Counted from the first letter of the stretch, positions 27,657 to 38,265 are shown. The stretch is DNA of 64,000 bases from Methanoregula sp. UBA154 (GCA_002502245.1 DAPW01000017.1:39105-103104), one strand, 5' to 3'. The notes: a model not told the origin generated them from the letters alone. Program-made: numbers and translations.

Positions 27657-28314
27657 TCGCTCACCTCATGAGAATATACACGGGAGGGAATGAAAAAGGT
27701 TCGGGGAAGGTACGAGGGGGACGGTGGGAATCTCTTTCGGGTTATTTCCCGCACCGGATCGAGCCATACCCTGCATTGCTCCCCAGTACCGGTGACGACA
27801 ATCCCAAACATTCTCCGCCGAAAAAATGGCAATCCGCAGAAAGCAACGAGGCAATCTTTCCAGATCCGTTCAAGCGGATCACCGAAGATCTTCTGCTCCC
27901 GTTCCGGTGGCGTGTGTGATGTATTGAAGACCTGCACTACCTTTGCCGCGAGGAGCCCGAAGGGAATGCTTTCACCGGCATCCGTTTCAACGAACCGGCA
28001 GCCAATATCCGGGCGGATTACGCGGTCGATCCAGCCTTTCAGGATAGCGCTGGCGGCATTCCCCACGAGTCGGGATGGGGGAACACGATCCCTTCCGCTG
28101 CCGCGATCTCCCGGCAGTGCCGGGCAATTGCCGGGGGAAGCGGGCGTCACGGGGGGATCTCGTTCACCAGAAGCAGGCGATCGAACTATCCCCGGTAGAG
28201 GTCATGGACGGTAATGAGATGACCGGATTGCCGGCGCATAGGTGCCAGTTCATCCGCAATCGCGTGGTTGAAGGAACCCGGGTGTGGGTGGGCACTGATG
28301 ACAGGGATCTTCAT
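27635..28314 (-). pseudogene. NAD(P)H:quinone oxidoreductase (flavodoxin_2 family), disrupted
   Basis: AHPHPGSFNHAIA..HDLYRG then TAG. IARHCREIAAAEGIV..WGMPP lies in another frame and AILKGWIDRV in a third, so at least two frameshifts. Confidence 0.8.
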
Positions 28315-28321
28315 GGTTTCC

Positions 28322-29128
28322 TCATCTCCGGGCAACGGCCTTGAAGAACGTATAACAGAAGACACCGTCCGTTTCCGCTGTGCGGCAGAGGGCGGCAATG
28401 CCCCGTTCCCACGCCTCCTGATTCATCAACCCCTCTTTTTCCACTTCCCGGCCAATCCCCTCAACCATGGCGGTGAACGTTCGTTTCGTGAATCCTTCCA
28501 CGAGCGCCGGGCGGGAGGAGTCGACATAGACCATCCGGGGCGATACGTGGACACCCACAAAGCCGGCGCCGCTCACGAGCGGGAAGAGCTGCCGCCCGAT
28601 CAGCGCATTGCCACCCGCTTTCTGCTGGAGTTCCACCAGACAGTCAATTGCCCGGTGCGCATCCGCATTTATGGGATGGAAGAAGGTGGAACCGTGATCC
28701 CCCTCGATCACCGTGATGGTCCCGTCTTCCTTCAGGAGCGGGCGGAGCTGTCCGAGCGCACGCTGCGGATCGGTAAGATGCTCGAGGACAAAACAGACAA
28801 AGATATGATCGAAGCTTTCCGGTAAAAACGGGAGGTGGAAGATATCCCCCTGCTGGAACACTACATTCGTGATCCCCTCGTCCCGGATCCGGTCCTGCGC
28901 CTGTTTTAAAGAATCCTTTGAGATGTCAACGGACGTGATCTGTGCTTCAGGGCTGTTCCGTGCAAGGATCACGGTCTGGGCACCGATACCGCAGCCGGCC
29001 TCGAGCACCCGGCAACCCGCGGGGTAGTGCGTGTCATGGTGGAGGAGTTCCGTCAGTGTCTCTGCCTGGTCAGCAAGCCGCTCTGATTCGCGGGAGGAAT
29101 AACCGTGCACATAATGGTTCTCTGGCAT
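28322..29128 (-). CDS. Class I SAM-dependent methyltransferase
   Basis: VLEAGCGIG motif I and FDHIFVCFVLEHL; start trimmed to MPENHY. Confidence 0.9.
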   Translation of the reverse strand: MPENHYVHGYSSRESERLADQAETLTELLHHDTHYPAGCRVLEAGCGIGAQTVILARNSPEAQITSVDISKDSLKQAQDRIRDEGITNVVFQQGDIFHLPFLPESFDHIFVCFVLEHLTDPQRALGQLRPLLKEDGTITVIEGDHGSTFFHPINADAHRAIDCLVELQQKAGGNALIGRQLFPLVSGAGFVGVHVSPRMVYVDSSRPALVEGFTKRTFTAMVEGIGREVEKEGLMNQEAWERGIAALCRTAETDGVFCYTFFKAVARR

Positions 29129-29372
29129 AGAATGTTTCAGTTCTCCGTTGGGGTAGCCCGGTTGCAGAAACCTGCCGGATGATATTTGTTGTACGAAATA
29201 GGCGTTCAACGCACAATAATGTACGTATGAGAGTATATTCTGCGGCACTCTGCCATGCAGCACACCGTGAAAGCGGGGAATTGTGAGATGTAGTCACGAG
29301 GACCATGCGTGGTGTTTGAAACGTGTACAAAGCTTGATTATTTGTCAGTGAAGAACATCAGGTTTGAAGCCT

Positions 29373-30608
29373 ATGCATATCATTCCGGGGGTAACTGCCC
29401 TTTCCGCTATCGCGATTGTATTGCTGCTCATTGTACCGGTGGCCGGGGAGCCGACGGTTACCATCAGCGACTACGAGGTAACCCCGCAGGTGCTCATGCC
29501 CGGGGATCTGGGTACCGTGACGGTCACAATCAGGAACACCGCATCAAGTGCCTCGTTCACTGAGAAGACAGGTCCGATATCCTCGGACACCTCAGGGACA
29601 ACTACGGTTACTGACATCAATGTCTATATCGAGAAGGCACTCCTCGAAGGGAACGGCCTTGAGGTTGTCGGTGACAGCTACCAGCGTATCGGCGATCTCG
29701 GCCCGGGCCAGACCATCCAGCTCACGTTCCTGATCCGGGCGCCGGCACAGACCGGGCTGTATTTTCCGGAAGTCTGGATCGATACCCGAGGAGGCCGGAG
29801 CACCCGGTATCCGGTACCGGTCAACGTGAATACCCCGATTGCGATAGCCAAAACCGCTGTGCTCGGAACCGCAGTGACCATTCCTGATGCAGTAAAACCC
29901 GGGGAGCAGGCTGTTGTCCGGCTCGACCTTATCAACAGCGGCGAGAGCGCCGCTGAACGGGTCATTGTCCGGATCGGGAATGCCAGTACATCAGTCAGGC
30001 CGAAGGGTGCGGAACTGTACCATATCCGCAGTATTCCGGCAGGTGAAAACGAACCGATCGACATTACCCTTATCTCCGACAGGAAGGCAGAACCTGGTAT
30101 CGCTACGGTGCCGGTTACTATCCAGTTCCATACTATTGACGGCATCGAGCATACGGAACATGCCACGATCAATCTCATGGTCCGGGGAGAGGTCGAGATG
30201 GGCATCGCTTCCATCGAGACGAGCCCGGAACGGATCGTATCCGGTGAGCCGTTCAACCTCATCATACGTGTCGAGAATGCTGGTACGGGGGATGCAAAAT
30301 CCGTGAATGCACAGATCGATCTCCCCTTCTCCGGCACCCGGGAGGCGTTCCTGGGTAAGATCAAACCGGGCAATGACGCCCCCGCTCTGTTCCGGCTCGG
30401 CGCTGCCCCGGCAGGGAATCATCCATACACCGTGACCATCTCCTATAATGACGAGTGGGGTGACCACACGGTGACACGCCCGCTCTCGCTTTCGGTTGCT
30501 CCGGCCGATTACAGCGGCATTATCATCGCGATCGTAATCCTCGTGCTCCTTGCGGGCGGGGTATGGTGGCTCTTCTTCAGGAAAAAACCGGGCAGGAAGA
30601 ATGACTGA
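29373..30608 (+). CDS. COG1361 S-layer-domain protein (signal peptide, Ig-like repeats, C-terminal TM anchor)
   Basis: Signal peptide, repeats such as IGDLGPGQ, VENAGTGDA and LGKIKPG, and a C-terminal TM followed by RKK. Confidence 0.82.
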   Translation: MHIIPGVTALSAIAIVLLLIVPVAGEPTVTISDYEVTPQVLMPGDLGTVTVTIRNTASSASFTEKTGPISSDTSGTTTVTDINVYIEKALLEGNGLEVVGDSYQRIGDLGPGQTIQLTFLIRAPAQTGLYFPEVWIDTRGGRSTRYPVPVNVNTPIAIAKTAVLGTAVTIPDAVKPGEQAVVRLDLINSGESAAERVIVRIGNASTSVRPKGAELYHIRSIPAGENEPIDITLISDRKAEPGIATVPVTIQFHTIDGIEHTEHATINLMVRGEVEMGIASIETSPERIVSGEPFNLIIRVENAGTGDAKSVNAQIDLPFSGTREAFLGKIKPGNDAPALFRLGAAPAGNHPYTVTISYNDEWGDHTVTRPLSLSVAPADYSGIIIAIVILVLLAGGVWWLFFRKKPGRKND

Positions 30609-31815
30609 GACGCTGGTCCGGCTGCGGCTCTCCTTTTTCCTGGGCCTCCGATCACTCCAGCGCGGCAACATCGGCAGCCTCGTCATGACGGTTGTGATCA
30701 TCGGTATGGTCTTCACAAACATGATCTTCTTACCCTCCGTTATCACCGGTGCGATCAAGTTGTTTGAGCAGCAGACGATCGAGTTCCAGTCCGGCAACAT
30801 CATCATCGAACCCAAAGAGAATGCGGAATTTATCGATGACCTTGAAGACCTCCTCGCCCGGGTGAATCGGGTGCCGGGAGTCCTTCGGGCTGCACCCCAT
30901 AACGATATCGGGGGTGTCATGAAGTTTAAAGGAAGCCGCCTCCCGGGAAGCATCATCGCCATCCGCCCGCATGACGAAGTCCTGGTGACCGGCATTTCCA
31001 GAATGATGAAAGAAGGCCAGTACCTGGGGGAGGGCGATACCGGCGTTATCGTCATCGGCAGGCTCGTTGCAGGGCATGAGGACAAGTCCGAGGACCTGAT
31101 GCCCTCGCTCGGCGGGGTCACAACAGGGGATTCCATTGACGTGGAATATACAAACGGCGTGACCCGCACGTACCGTGTGAAAGGAATCTTTGAGACCAAG
31201 TCGTATATGGTTGACCCGCTCGTCTTCATAACGTGGGAAGAGCTGGAGAGCGTCAGGGGACAGCCCATTGACCAGGCGACGAGCGTCCTGATCCGGACCG
31301 TCCCGGGAGAAGACGAGAATGAGGTAAAGTTGTCCTTAATCGGCATGGGCATCCAGGAAGAGATCAAGACATGGCACGACCTGCTGGGAAAGGCCTTTGC
31401 CGAGGTTGTCCAGAGCTATGCGGTCATCAATAACATCTCAACGGCAGTCAGCATCGTGATAGCCATCGTGGTCATCTTCATCGTCATCATGATCAAGACC
31501 CTGAACAACCGGCGCCAGATTGGCATTTTAAAAGCGATAGGGATCCACAGGACAACAATCACCTTCAGCTATGTCTTCCAGGTGATCATCCTTGCAATCA
31601 TGGGCATCATCTTTGGCCTTATGATCCTGTTTGCCCTTGACCGGTATTTTACTGTGTATCCCATCGTATTTCCCGATGGAGATATCCGTCCCGCGTTTAC
31701 CATCGCGGACATTGTGTCCAATGCGGTGCTCCTCTTTATTGCATCTGCCGTTGCCGGTTTTATTCCGGCATGGCAGATCGCAAGAGAGGATATCCTCACC
31801 GCAATGAGGGGATGA
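30601..31815 (+). CDS. ABC transporter permease, MacB/LolE/FtsX family
   Basis: One N-terminal TM, a large extracytoplasmic domain, the RRQIGILKAIG motif and three C-terminal TMs. Confidence 0.9.
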   Translation: MTETLVRLRLSFFLGLRSLQRGNIGSLVMTVVIIGMVFTNMIFLPSVITGAIKLFEQQTIEFQSGNIIIEPKENAEFIDDLEDLLARVNRVPGVLRAAPHNDIGGVMKFKGSRLPGSIIAIRPHDEVLVTGISRMMKEGQYLGEGDTGVIVIGRLVAGHEDKSEDLMPSLGGVTTGDSIDVEYTNGVTRTYRVKGIFETKSYMVDPLVFITWEELESVRGQPIDQATSVLIRTVPGEDENEVKLSLIGMGIQEEIKTWHDLLGKAFAEVVQSYAVINNISTAVSIVIAIVVIFIVIMIKTLNNRRQIGILKAIGIHRTTITFSYVFQVIILAIMGIIFGLMILFALDRYFTVYPIVFPDGDIRPAFTIADIVSNAVLLFIASAVAGFIPAWQIAREDILTAMRG

Positions 31816-31816
31816 T

Positions 31817-32509
31817 ATGATAAAAATTACCGGTCTTGAAAAGATCTACCGCCTCGGGGTGGTTGAAGTGCCGGCCTTGCGGGGCTTAAGCTTCGAGATC
31901 CACCGGGGCGACTTCCTCGGGCTGATGGGACCGAGCGGGAGCGGCAAGTCAACCCTGCTCCACCTGCTCGGTCTTCTCGACTTCCCCACTGCCGGCACGA
32001 TCGAGATCGACGGTGTCGACGTTGCCGGGTTGGACGATGACGAACGGACCGATTACCGGCTCCGGAAGATGGGGTATATCTTCCAGGACTATGCGCTCGT
32101 GGCAGAGCTGACGGTACTCGAGAATGTGATGCTCACCGCACTGGCACAGGGAAAAACGGAGAGCCAGGCTGGCGAGGCAAGCCGGGACGTGCTCTCAATC
32201 GTAGGCCTCTCCAACCGCCTCAATCACCTGCCAAAAGAGCTTTCAGGTGGCGAACAGCAGCGGGTGGCGATTGCCCGGAGCATGGTGAACCGTCCCATCA
32301 TCCTCTTTGCCGATGAGCCCTGTGCCAACCTTGATACGGCAAACTCTCAGGCAGTTCTGGACCAGTTCCACACCATCAACGAGGAACTCAGCCAGACCAT
32401 TGTCATGGTCTCGCACGAGGAGTGGCATAAGGAGTACTTCCATCGGATCGTGTACCTGAAGGACGGACAGATCGAGCGCGAGGAAGATCGCCATCATCAC
32501 GGGGATTGA
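31817..32509 (+). CDS. ABC transporter ATP-binding protein (LolD/MacB-type)
   Basis: [22 protein letters not shown] and ADEPCANLD. Confidence 0.95.
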   Translation: MIKITGLEKIYRLGVVEVPALRGLSFEIHRGDFLGLMGPSGSGKSTLLHLLGLLDFPTAGTIEIDGVDVAGLDDDERTDYRLRKMGYIFQDYALVAELTVLENVMLTALAQGKTESQAGEASRDVLSIVGLSNRLNHLPKELSGGEQQRVAIARSMVNRPIILFADEPCANLDTANSQAVLDQFHTINEELSQTIVMVSHEEWHKEYFHRIVYLKDGQIEREEDRHHHGD

Positions 32510-32540
32510 GTAAACGGAAAGATGTGCCTGAAAAAGAAAA

Positions 32541-32613
32541 GGCCAGGGCCGAGATTCGAACCCGGGTCGGAGGATCCACAGTCCTCTAGGATAACCAACT
32601 ACCCCACCCTGGC
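32541..32613 (-). tRNA. tRNA-His (anticodon GTG)
   Basis: Acceptor GCCAGGG/CCCTGGC with discriminator C, anticodon arm GAGGA-CT-GTG-GA-TCCTC, T-loop TTCGAAT; followed by a T-run. Confidence 0.96.
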
Positions 32614-32878
32614 AGATGTCCTTTTTACATTGGCAACGGACGCTGATTAATGTATCCGTGCCGGGTTGTCGCGGTAAGGGAGGGGGTGAAGACCTCTGGG
32701 AGGCGGAAGCCGGCACCATGAGGCGATTATTAATAGGGTAGTGCGTCCATTACATATCAGGTGGCTCTGAACATAATTCCCCGGTAGTAAGGCGCGGTAC
32801 GGTACATATCGCTGCACCGGGAGCCGGGATTAATCAGGATCCCATTTTCAGGGCGGGAATACACGGAGGGGGCGAGAT

Positions 32879-34657
32879 ATGGCGGAGAACCCGAAGATCA
32901 GGACGCCGATTGTCTGTGTCATGGGGCATGTGGACCACGGTAAAACATCCCTTCTGGACCGAATTCGCGGGTCGTCAGTCGTCAGTTCGGAAGTCGGGGC
33001 AATCACCCAGCATATCGGTGCGACCATCGTCCCCATTGACGCAATCCGCAGCATGAGCGGGGCGATGGGAAAGATGCCTATCAATATCCCCGGCCTTCTT
33101 TTCATTGATACGCCGGGACATCACGCGTTCACCACGCTGCGGGCCCGGGGCGGAGCGCTTGCTGACATGGCGATCCTTGTCGTGGATATCAACCAGGGAT
33201 TCCAGCCGCAGACCATCGAAGCGCTCCAGATCCTGCGGAACTGCCGAACCCCGTTTGTCATTGCGGCAACCAAGATCGATCGGATCCATGGCTGGCGGAC
33301 ATACGAGAACGAGTCGTTCCTTTCATCATTCGCCAAACAGAACGAGCGGGTGAAAGGCGATATCGAGAACAAGACCTACGAGATTGTGGGGAAATTATCC
33401 GAGCTTGAATTTTCGGCAGACCGCTTTGACCGGGTTTCGGATTTCCAGCGGAACCTTGCGATCGTCCCGTTAAGTGCCCATACCGGGGAAGGGATTTCCG
33501 ACTTGCTGCTCGTCATGATCGGCCTTGCCCAGCGGTACATGGGCGACGAACTGAGGCTGTCCGTTGAAGGGCCCGGCGCCGGGACCGTGCTCGAGGTTAA
33601 GGAAGAGCGGGGGCTTGGGACAACGCTCGATGTGATCCTGTACGACGGGACCCTTGCCATCGGGGACGAGATCGCCGTTGCCACGCAGGGCGATGTCGTG
33701 GTAACCAAGGTGCGCTCGCTCTTAAAACCCCGGCCCTTGAAAGAGATTCTGGTAGAGGACCGGTTCGAGCGGGTGAAATCGGTTGCCGCAGCATCGGGGA
33801 TCAAGGTCACCGCCCCTAACCTCGAGGGGGTGATCGCCGGCTCCCCGTTCTTCGTTCTCCGGAACAACCGCGAGGAGGTGGAGGCACGGATCAAAAAAGA
33901 GATGACCGAGATCCACGTCACCCTTGCCGATGAAGGCATCGCCATCAAGGCGGATACTATCGGTGCCCTTGAGGCGCTCTGCAAGGAACTCGAGGGTAAG
34001 GAGATCGGTGTTATGCGGGCAGAGGTCGGGCCGGTGAGCCGGCTCGACCTGATCGAGACCGAGACCGTCAAGAACCCGACGTTCCGCGTTCTCCTCTCGT
34101 TCAATACCCCGATTCTTCCCGATGCGGCCGAGATAATCAAAAACCCGCTTTACACGCAGGTGAAGGTCTTTGAAGGACGTGTCATCTACCAGCTTATCGA
34201 TCAGTATGTGGAGTGGCGGGACGAGCAGAAGCGACTGCAGGAGAAGCAGCGGTTCGAGCATGTCGTGATGCCCGCCAAGATCCGGCTCCTGCCCGACTGC
34301 GTATTCCGCCAGAGCAACCCCGCGGTGGTTGGGGTGCGGGTCCTGGGCGGAAAACTTCGCAGCGATGTGAACCTGATCAAAACAGACGGCAGGAAGGTAG
34401 GACACCTGAAGAGCATGCAGCTCCGGCAGGAATCGATCCGGGAGGCGGATCCCGGCCTCGAAGTTGCAATCTCTATCGAAGGTGCAACGGTGGGGCGGCA
34501 GGTCAGCGTCGGTGACGATCTTTTCGTGGATGTGCCCGAGCGTCACATAAAAGTCCTCGAGCGGGAGATGACGAAGACGCTGAATACCAGCACGCAGGAG
34601 ATCCTTTCTGAGTTCACAACCATGAAGCGGAAAGGGGATCCCTTCTGGGGCAAATAA
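32879..34657 (+). CDS. infB: Translation initiation factor IF-2 / aIF5B
   Basis: GHVDHGKT, GAITQHIGA, DTPGH, TKID and VFRQSNPAVVGV. Confidence 0.97.
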   Translation: MAENPKIRTPIVCVMGHVDHGKTSLLDRIRGSSVVSSEVGAITQHIGATIVPIDAIRSMSGAMGKMPINIPGLLFIDTPGHHAFTTLRARGGALADMAILVVDINQGFQPQTIEALQILRNCRTPFVIAATKIDRIHGWRTYENESFLSSFAKQNERVKGDIENKTYEIVGKLSELEFSADRFDRVSDFQRNLAIVPLSAHTGEGISDLLLVMIGLAQRYMGDELRLSVEGPGAGTVLEVKEERGLGTTLDVILYDGTLAIGDEIAVATQGDVVVTKVRSLLKPRPLKEILVEDRFERVKSVAAASGIKVTAPNLEGVIAGSPFFVLRNNREEVEARIKKEMTEIHVTLADEGIAIKADTIGALEALCKELEGKEIGVMRAEVGPVSRLDLIETETVKNPTFRVLLSFNTPILPDAAEIIKNPLYTQVKVFEGRVIYQLIDQYVEWRDEQKRLQEKQRFEHVVMPAKIRLLPDCVFRQSNPAVVGVRVLGGKLRSDVNLIKTDGRKVGHLKSMQLRQESIREADPGLEVAISIEGATVGRQVSVGDDLFVDVPERHIKVLEREMTKTLNTSTQEILSEFTTMKRKGDPFWGK

Positions 34658-34816
34658 CCCCTTTTATACCCTGAGGGAGACGCGAGGGTTTAATAGCGTA
34701 CCGGTATAATTAAATGGGTACTTCTCATGTGTAGGCGGAAATGCCGGCAGCCGGAGACGTGAAAAAACCCGGATTATCAGGGGTTTTTTGAGATTACCAA
34801 TAAGGAGAGGACACGT

Positions 34817-35242
34817 ATGGTCGAGTTCAAAGTCGTTGTATCAGACCCGAAGAGCGGTCGCGCGTATAATGTGGACGCCAGTGGCGGTGCCGCAGGAGCA
34901 ATCGTCGGAAAACGTATCGGTGATGAGATTGATGCAGGCACCCTCGGGCTTGCAGGGTATAAGATCCTGATAACCGGTGCCTCTGACCGGACCGGCATTA
35001 CTGCAAAGAAAGGTCTGCCGGGAGCAGGGCGCAAAAAGCTCCTCCTTGCTGGCGGCATAGGATTCCACCCGACCATGGACGGGGAGCGCCGGAGAAAAAC
35101 CATCCGGGCAAGCGAGATCACCCAGGATTTCGTCCAGATCAATACACAGGTGACTGCATACGGGGAAAAGACGCTTGATGAGCTCTTCCCCAAGGTTGAG
35201 GGCGAGAAAAAAGCAGAAAAGAAGTCAAAGGTCAGGAAATAA
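34817..35242 (+). CDS. rps6e: 30S ribosomal protein S6e
   Basis: FKVVVSDPKSG, GKRIGDEID, ITGASD and GERRRKTIR. Confidence 0.95.
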   Translation: MVEFKVVVSDPKSGRAYNVDASGGAAGAIVGKRIGDEIDAGTLGLAGYKILITGASDRTGITAKKGLPGAGRKKLLLAGGIGFHPTMDGERRRKTIRASEITQDFVQINTQVTAYGEKTLDELFPKVEGEKKAEKKSKVRK

Positions 35243-35459
35243 CATATCTTTTTTGGGATTTTCCTGAAATCCCGGTACGTGCGCGATTCTCTGTTTTTAA
35301 ACACGTATATTCTGGAATGTACAGATCCGAATATACCGCTGTCCGGCAGTATACCGAAAGACCGTTCTGATAGTATCCGCGACGGTCAACGGACGCAGGA
35401 AAAATATTTTACCGGTTCATGCCTTTCCAGGCGCAACGGGGTGCTTTGCAGAGCGAAAA

Positions 35460-35960
35460 TTATACCGGAGAGGTAACGCTTGCCTCACCATATGCTGTGG
35501 AGTTCCGTGCTGTCTGCAGGGATTTGCCGTTTTTATAGATCTCAACGGTAATCTCGTGCCGCGTGGAAGCATCTTCCTTGTGGAAGGTGGCGGACACGGT
35601 ACCGGTTGCATCCTCGATAACAAAGATCCGGTCGCCCGAGTTCCGCATTGTCGTCATATTGCCTTCCATGCCGTATGACCCGGCAAACCCGCCGATGTAA
35701 CTGACCCGGACATATACGCCTTCAGCAGGAACCGAAACAGGCACCTGCGTCCTGATCACGGATGGCACTTCACCGACTGCCACGGTCTGCTGGGTGGAAG
35801 AGGCCGTGGGGGTGGTCGCCGTCTGGCCGGGGGATCCCGCCGGGGCCGATGACCCGTCCCCCATAAAAAAGACCAGAGCTATAACAATCACTGCAATGAT
35901 ACCAACAACCGCAGCAATGATCACCCACGGTTTTTCGAAAGGATCGTTTCGTCTTCTCAT
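35460..35960 (-). CDS. Membrane-anchored hypothetical protein
   Basis: N-terminal TM, Thr-rich linker and a beta-rich C-terminal domain. Confidence 0.75.
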   Translation of the reverse strand: MRRRNDPFEKPWVIIAAVVGIIAVIVIALVFFMGDGSSAPAGSPGQTATTPTASSTQQTVAVGEVPSVIRTQVPVSVPAEGVYVRVSYIGGFAGSYGMEGNMTTMRNSGDRIFVIEDATGTVSATFHKEDASTRHEITVEIYKNGKSLQTARNSTAYGEASVTSPV

Positions 35961-36083
35961 GATGCTCCCTTGTTCAGATGATTGAAGATATGTAATTAAG
36001 AAATGGGCGAAATACTTTGTTATTGCAGGGTGCGGTCTGTCCCATGCTGATCTTTCATGTTCAGGTGTGGATGCCGGACCCCT

Positions 36084-36542
36084 TCACTTTTTTACTGCGC
36101 CCCTGAGCGCATCCAGAAGATCGCCAAACGGTACCCCGTGTTTCCTGGCAAGTAAGACCAGTGCAGCGGGAGGAAGGAGGTGCGTATCGAAATTTTCCTT
36201 GATAATCCTGTTCATCTCCGCTACGACATCCGTTTCCTGCAGGGATCGTTCCCGTGCTATTCTGCCGATCAGTTCCTGGACAGGGTCATGTTGTTCGAAT
36301 ATACCCGAGCCCGGTTTGAATCCGACCGGAAGAATCAACCCGGAAATATCGAACCGCGGCGAGTACAGACCGTTCGCCAGGCCAAGGAGCCCGTCCTCTT
36401 CCGCCCGTTTCAGGAGCAGGTTCGCCTGTTCGGTGCTCATCCACTTACGGTCGAGCGCGTAATAATACACCAGCTCGTTCTTGCGCATCCCGGTCTTCCG
36501 GGTATGCTTGAACGGGGCGGCAATGGTTAACCGGAGCGTCAC
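36084..36542 (-). CDS. DUF2240 family protein
   Basis: LRLTIAAPFK..ALDRKWMSTEQA pattern. Confidence 0.8.
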   Translation of the reverse strand: MTLRLTIAAPFKHTRKTGMRKNELVYYYALDRKWMSTEQANLLLKRAEEDGLLGLANGLYSPRFDISGLILPVGFKPGSGIFEQHDPVQELIGRIARERSLQETDVVAEMNRIIKENFDTHLLPPAALVLLARKHGVPFGDLLDALRGAVKK

Positions 36543-36961
36543 TTCCGGGCACCCAGAAGAATGTTTTTCATATCAAGGGCATCAAGGCCCTCACCGTGTC
36601 CTTCCTTGGCTATATCGATATCTGTCCGCGACACCTGGTCTGTGAGGCGGAGATAGAAGATATCGTTCGCGATCGGAACCTTTCCACCCACGCGTAATGC
36701 GAGTGCCAGGACGGATACCTGCAGGTCCGCGGCTTCGGTTATCACCCCCGGCCGGAGCACGTCTGGCGTGATAGTTCCGAATGTTGCCCTGTCAACGGCG
36801 ATCCGGATTTTTAATTTTACTTTTACCAGTTCCTTTCCGGTGGTCTTGGTCGATTCCTCGTTGTCCAGACTGGCGATATATTTCAGGGTCTCGTTGAAAG
36901 GCATGCCCATGGCAAACGAGAGATCCACCCGCTGGGGGAAACGATAATAGATCCTCCGCAT
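36539..36961 (-). CDS. Hypothetical protein
   Basis: 140-aa ORF with a 4-nt stop/start overlap to the DUF2240 gene. Confidence 0.6.
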   Translation of the reverse strand: MRRIYYRFPQRVDLSFAMGMPFNETLKYIASLDNEESTKTTGKELVKVKLKIRIAVDRATFGTITPDVLRPGVITEAADLQVSVLALALRVGGKVPIANDIFYLRLTDQVSRTDIDIAKEGHGEGLDALDMKNILLGARK

Positions 36962-37074
36962 AGCTAGACAGTATGCAGCTCCGAAAGAAAAAAGATTGCT
37001 GACATGGTTGTTGAAAATGCCTGTCCGGGAATATAAATCCCAGATACATGGGAAAAAGGATTATAAGATATTGG

Positions 37075-37452
37075 TTATTCGAGTAACAATGCGTTGATGA
37101 CGCCGTCCTGGCCCGGGCGGCTCATGATGCGGGCGCTGCCGATCTCGGTCTTGATAACAGCGCCCTTGGTGAGCAGGTTCCGGCGGACATAGTTCGGATT
37201 TGCCGTGTTCTTCTCAACGGTCTCGATCTTTACTTTTTGGGTCTCGCCGCTCTTGGGGTTGGTGACGTTTGCATACGTTGCCCGCAGGGCACGCACCTTG
37301 TCATTCCCGCCGAAGGTGCGGATAATCCGGTGGCGGTCCTCGCCGATATGGGTGTCTGCCGGTGCAAGCCCGATCTCTGCTCTCCGCTTCATTGCTGCCG
37401 GGCGGCGCCTTCCGCCGGTCACTTTCCGAACTGATTTTCCCTGCCACTGCAT
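37075..37452 (-). CDS. rps8e: 30S ribosomal protein S8e
   Basis: WQGKSVRKVTGG, NPNYVRRNLLTKGAVI and SRPGQDG. Confidence 0.97.
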   Translation of the reverse strand: MQWQGKSVRKVTGGRRRPAAMKRRAEIGLAPADTHIGEDRHRIIRTFGGNDKVRALRATYANVTNPKSGETQKVKIETVEKNTANPNYVRRNLLTKGAVIKTEIGSARIMSRPGQDGVINALLLE

Positions 37453-37547
37453 GGTGTTACTCCTTACATTTTTCTTTGGGAATCTTTCCCGAAGATGGTG
37501 CTCTATATATCGACCGCTGCGTTATTTATAGTACTACTTTGTCCTTT

Positions 37548-38210
37548 TCAGGATACCGGGGGATATGAGAGGATCGCATCAAGGAGTTCCGTGACACCGT
37601 CACCGGTCTTCAGGTTTGTCCGGAATACCGGCATCCCCGGGTTGTACCGTGCGATGTCCCTCTGCATCCGGTCAAGGTTCGCCCCGACCAGCGGTGCGAG
37701 GTCGACCTTGTTGATGACCCCGATCGTGCAGTCCCGGAACATCATCGGGTGCTTGTTCACGACATCGTCCCCTTCCGTTGAGCTGACGATAACGATTCTT
37801 TTCTCGGCACCGAGACGGAAATCGGTAGGGCAGACCATATTGCCCACGTTCTCGATGAAGAGGATATCGATCCGGTCGAGCGGGAGATGATCGATGGCGT
37901 GCCCGACCAGGCGGGCGTCAAGATGGCACTCCTTTCCGGTATTCGCATTGAACGCGGGGATGCCCAGCGCCACGATCCGTTTGAAGTCATCGTCCCCGTA
38001 TACGTCCCCGGCAATCGCACCTGCCCTGATCCCTTTCTTTTCAAGGAGCGGGACAAGGCGTTCAATCAGGGCGGTCTTACCGGAGCCAATCGCCCCGAGC
38101 AGGTCGAATGCCCGTACATTATGGGACTTCAGGTGCCGGGCGTTCTCGTCTGCAAGCGTGTTGTTGGCGTCGTAGACATCCTTCTCAAGACGGACGTCAA
38201 TGTGGTGCAT
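37548..38210 (-). CDS. hypB: Hydrogenase nickel incorporation GTPase HypB
   Basis: GAIGSGKT, TGKECHLDA, ENVGNMVCP, STEGDD and NKVD. Confidence 0.95.
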   Translation of the reverse strand: MHHIDVRLEKDVYDANNTLADENARHLKSHNVRAFDLLGAIGSGKTALIERLVPLLEKKGIRAGAIAGDVYGDDDFKRIVALGIPAFNANTGKECHLDARLVGHAIDHLPLDRIDILFIENVGNMVCPTDFRLGAEKRIVIVSSTEGDDVVNKHPMMFRDCTIGVINKVDLAPLVGANLDRMQRDIARYNPGMPVFRTNLKTGDGVTELLDAILSYPPVS

Positions 38211-38265
38211 GTTCTAAGGTTTCGAGCGTACACTGTTTATACCTTGACCCCCAAACTCTCCTGCA

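Noticed and set aside
15582-28314. Genome-wide amber recoding suggested by in-frame TAGs (AN1 gene, SemiSWEET, quinone reductase)
   Set aside because: Two of the three genes also carry frameshifts, TAG terminates intact genes here, and no pyl genes are present in the window.
35279-35476. Possible gene or aIF2-gamma remnant after rps6e
   Set aside because: It has no GTPase motif and the 65-aa translation is not convincing.
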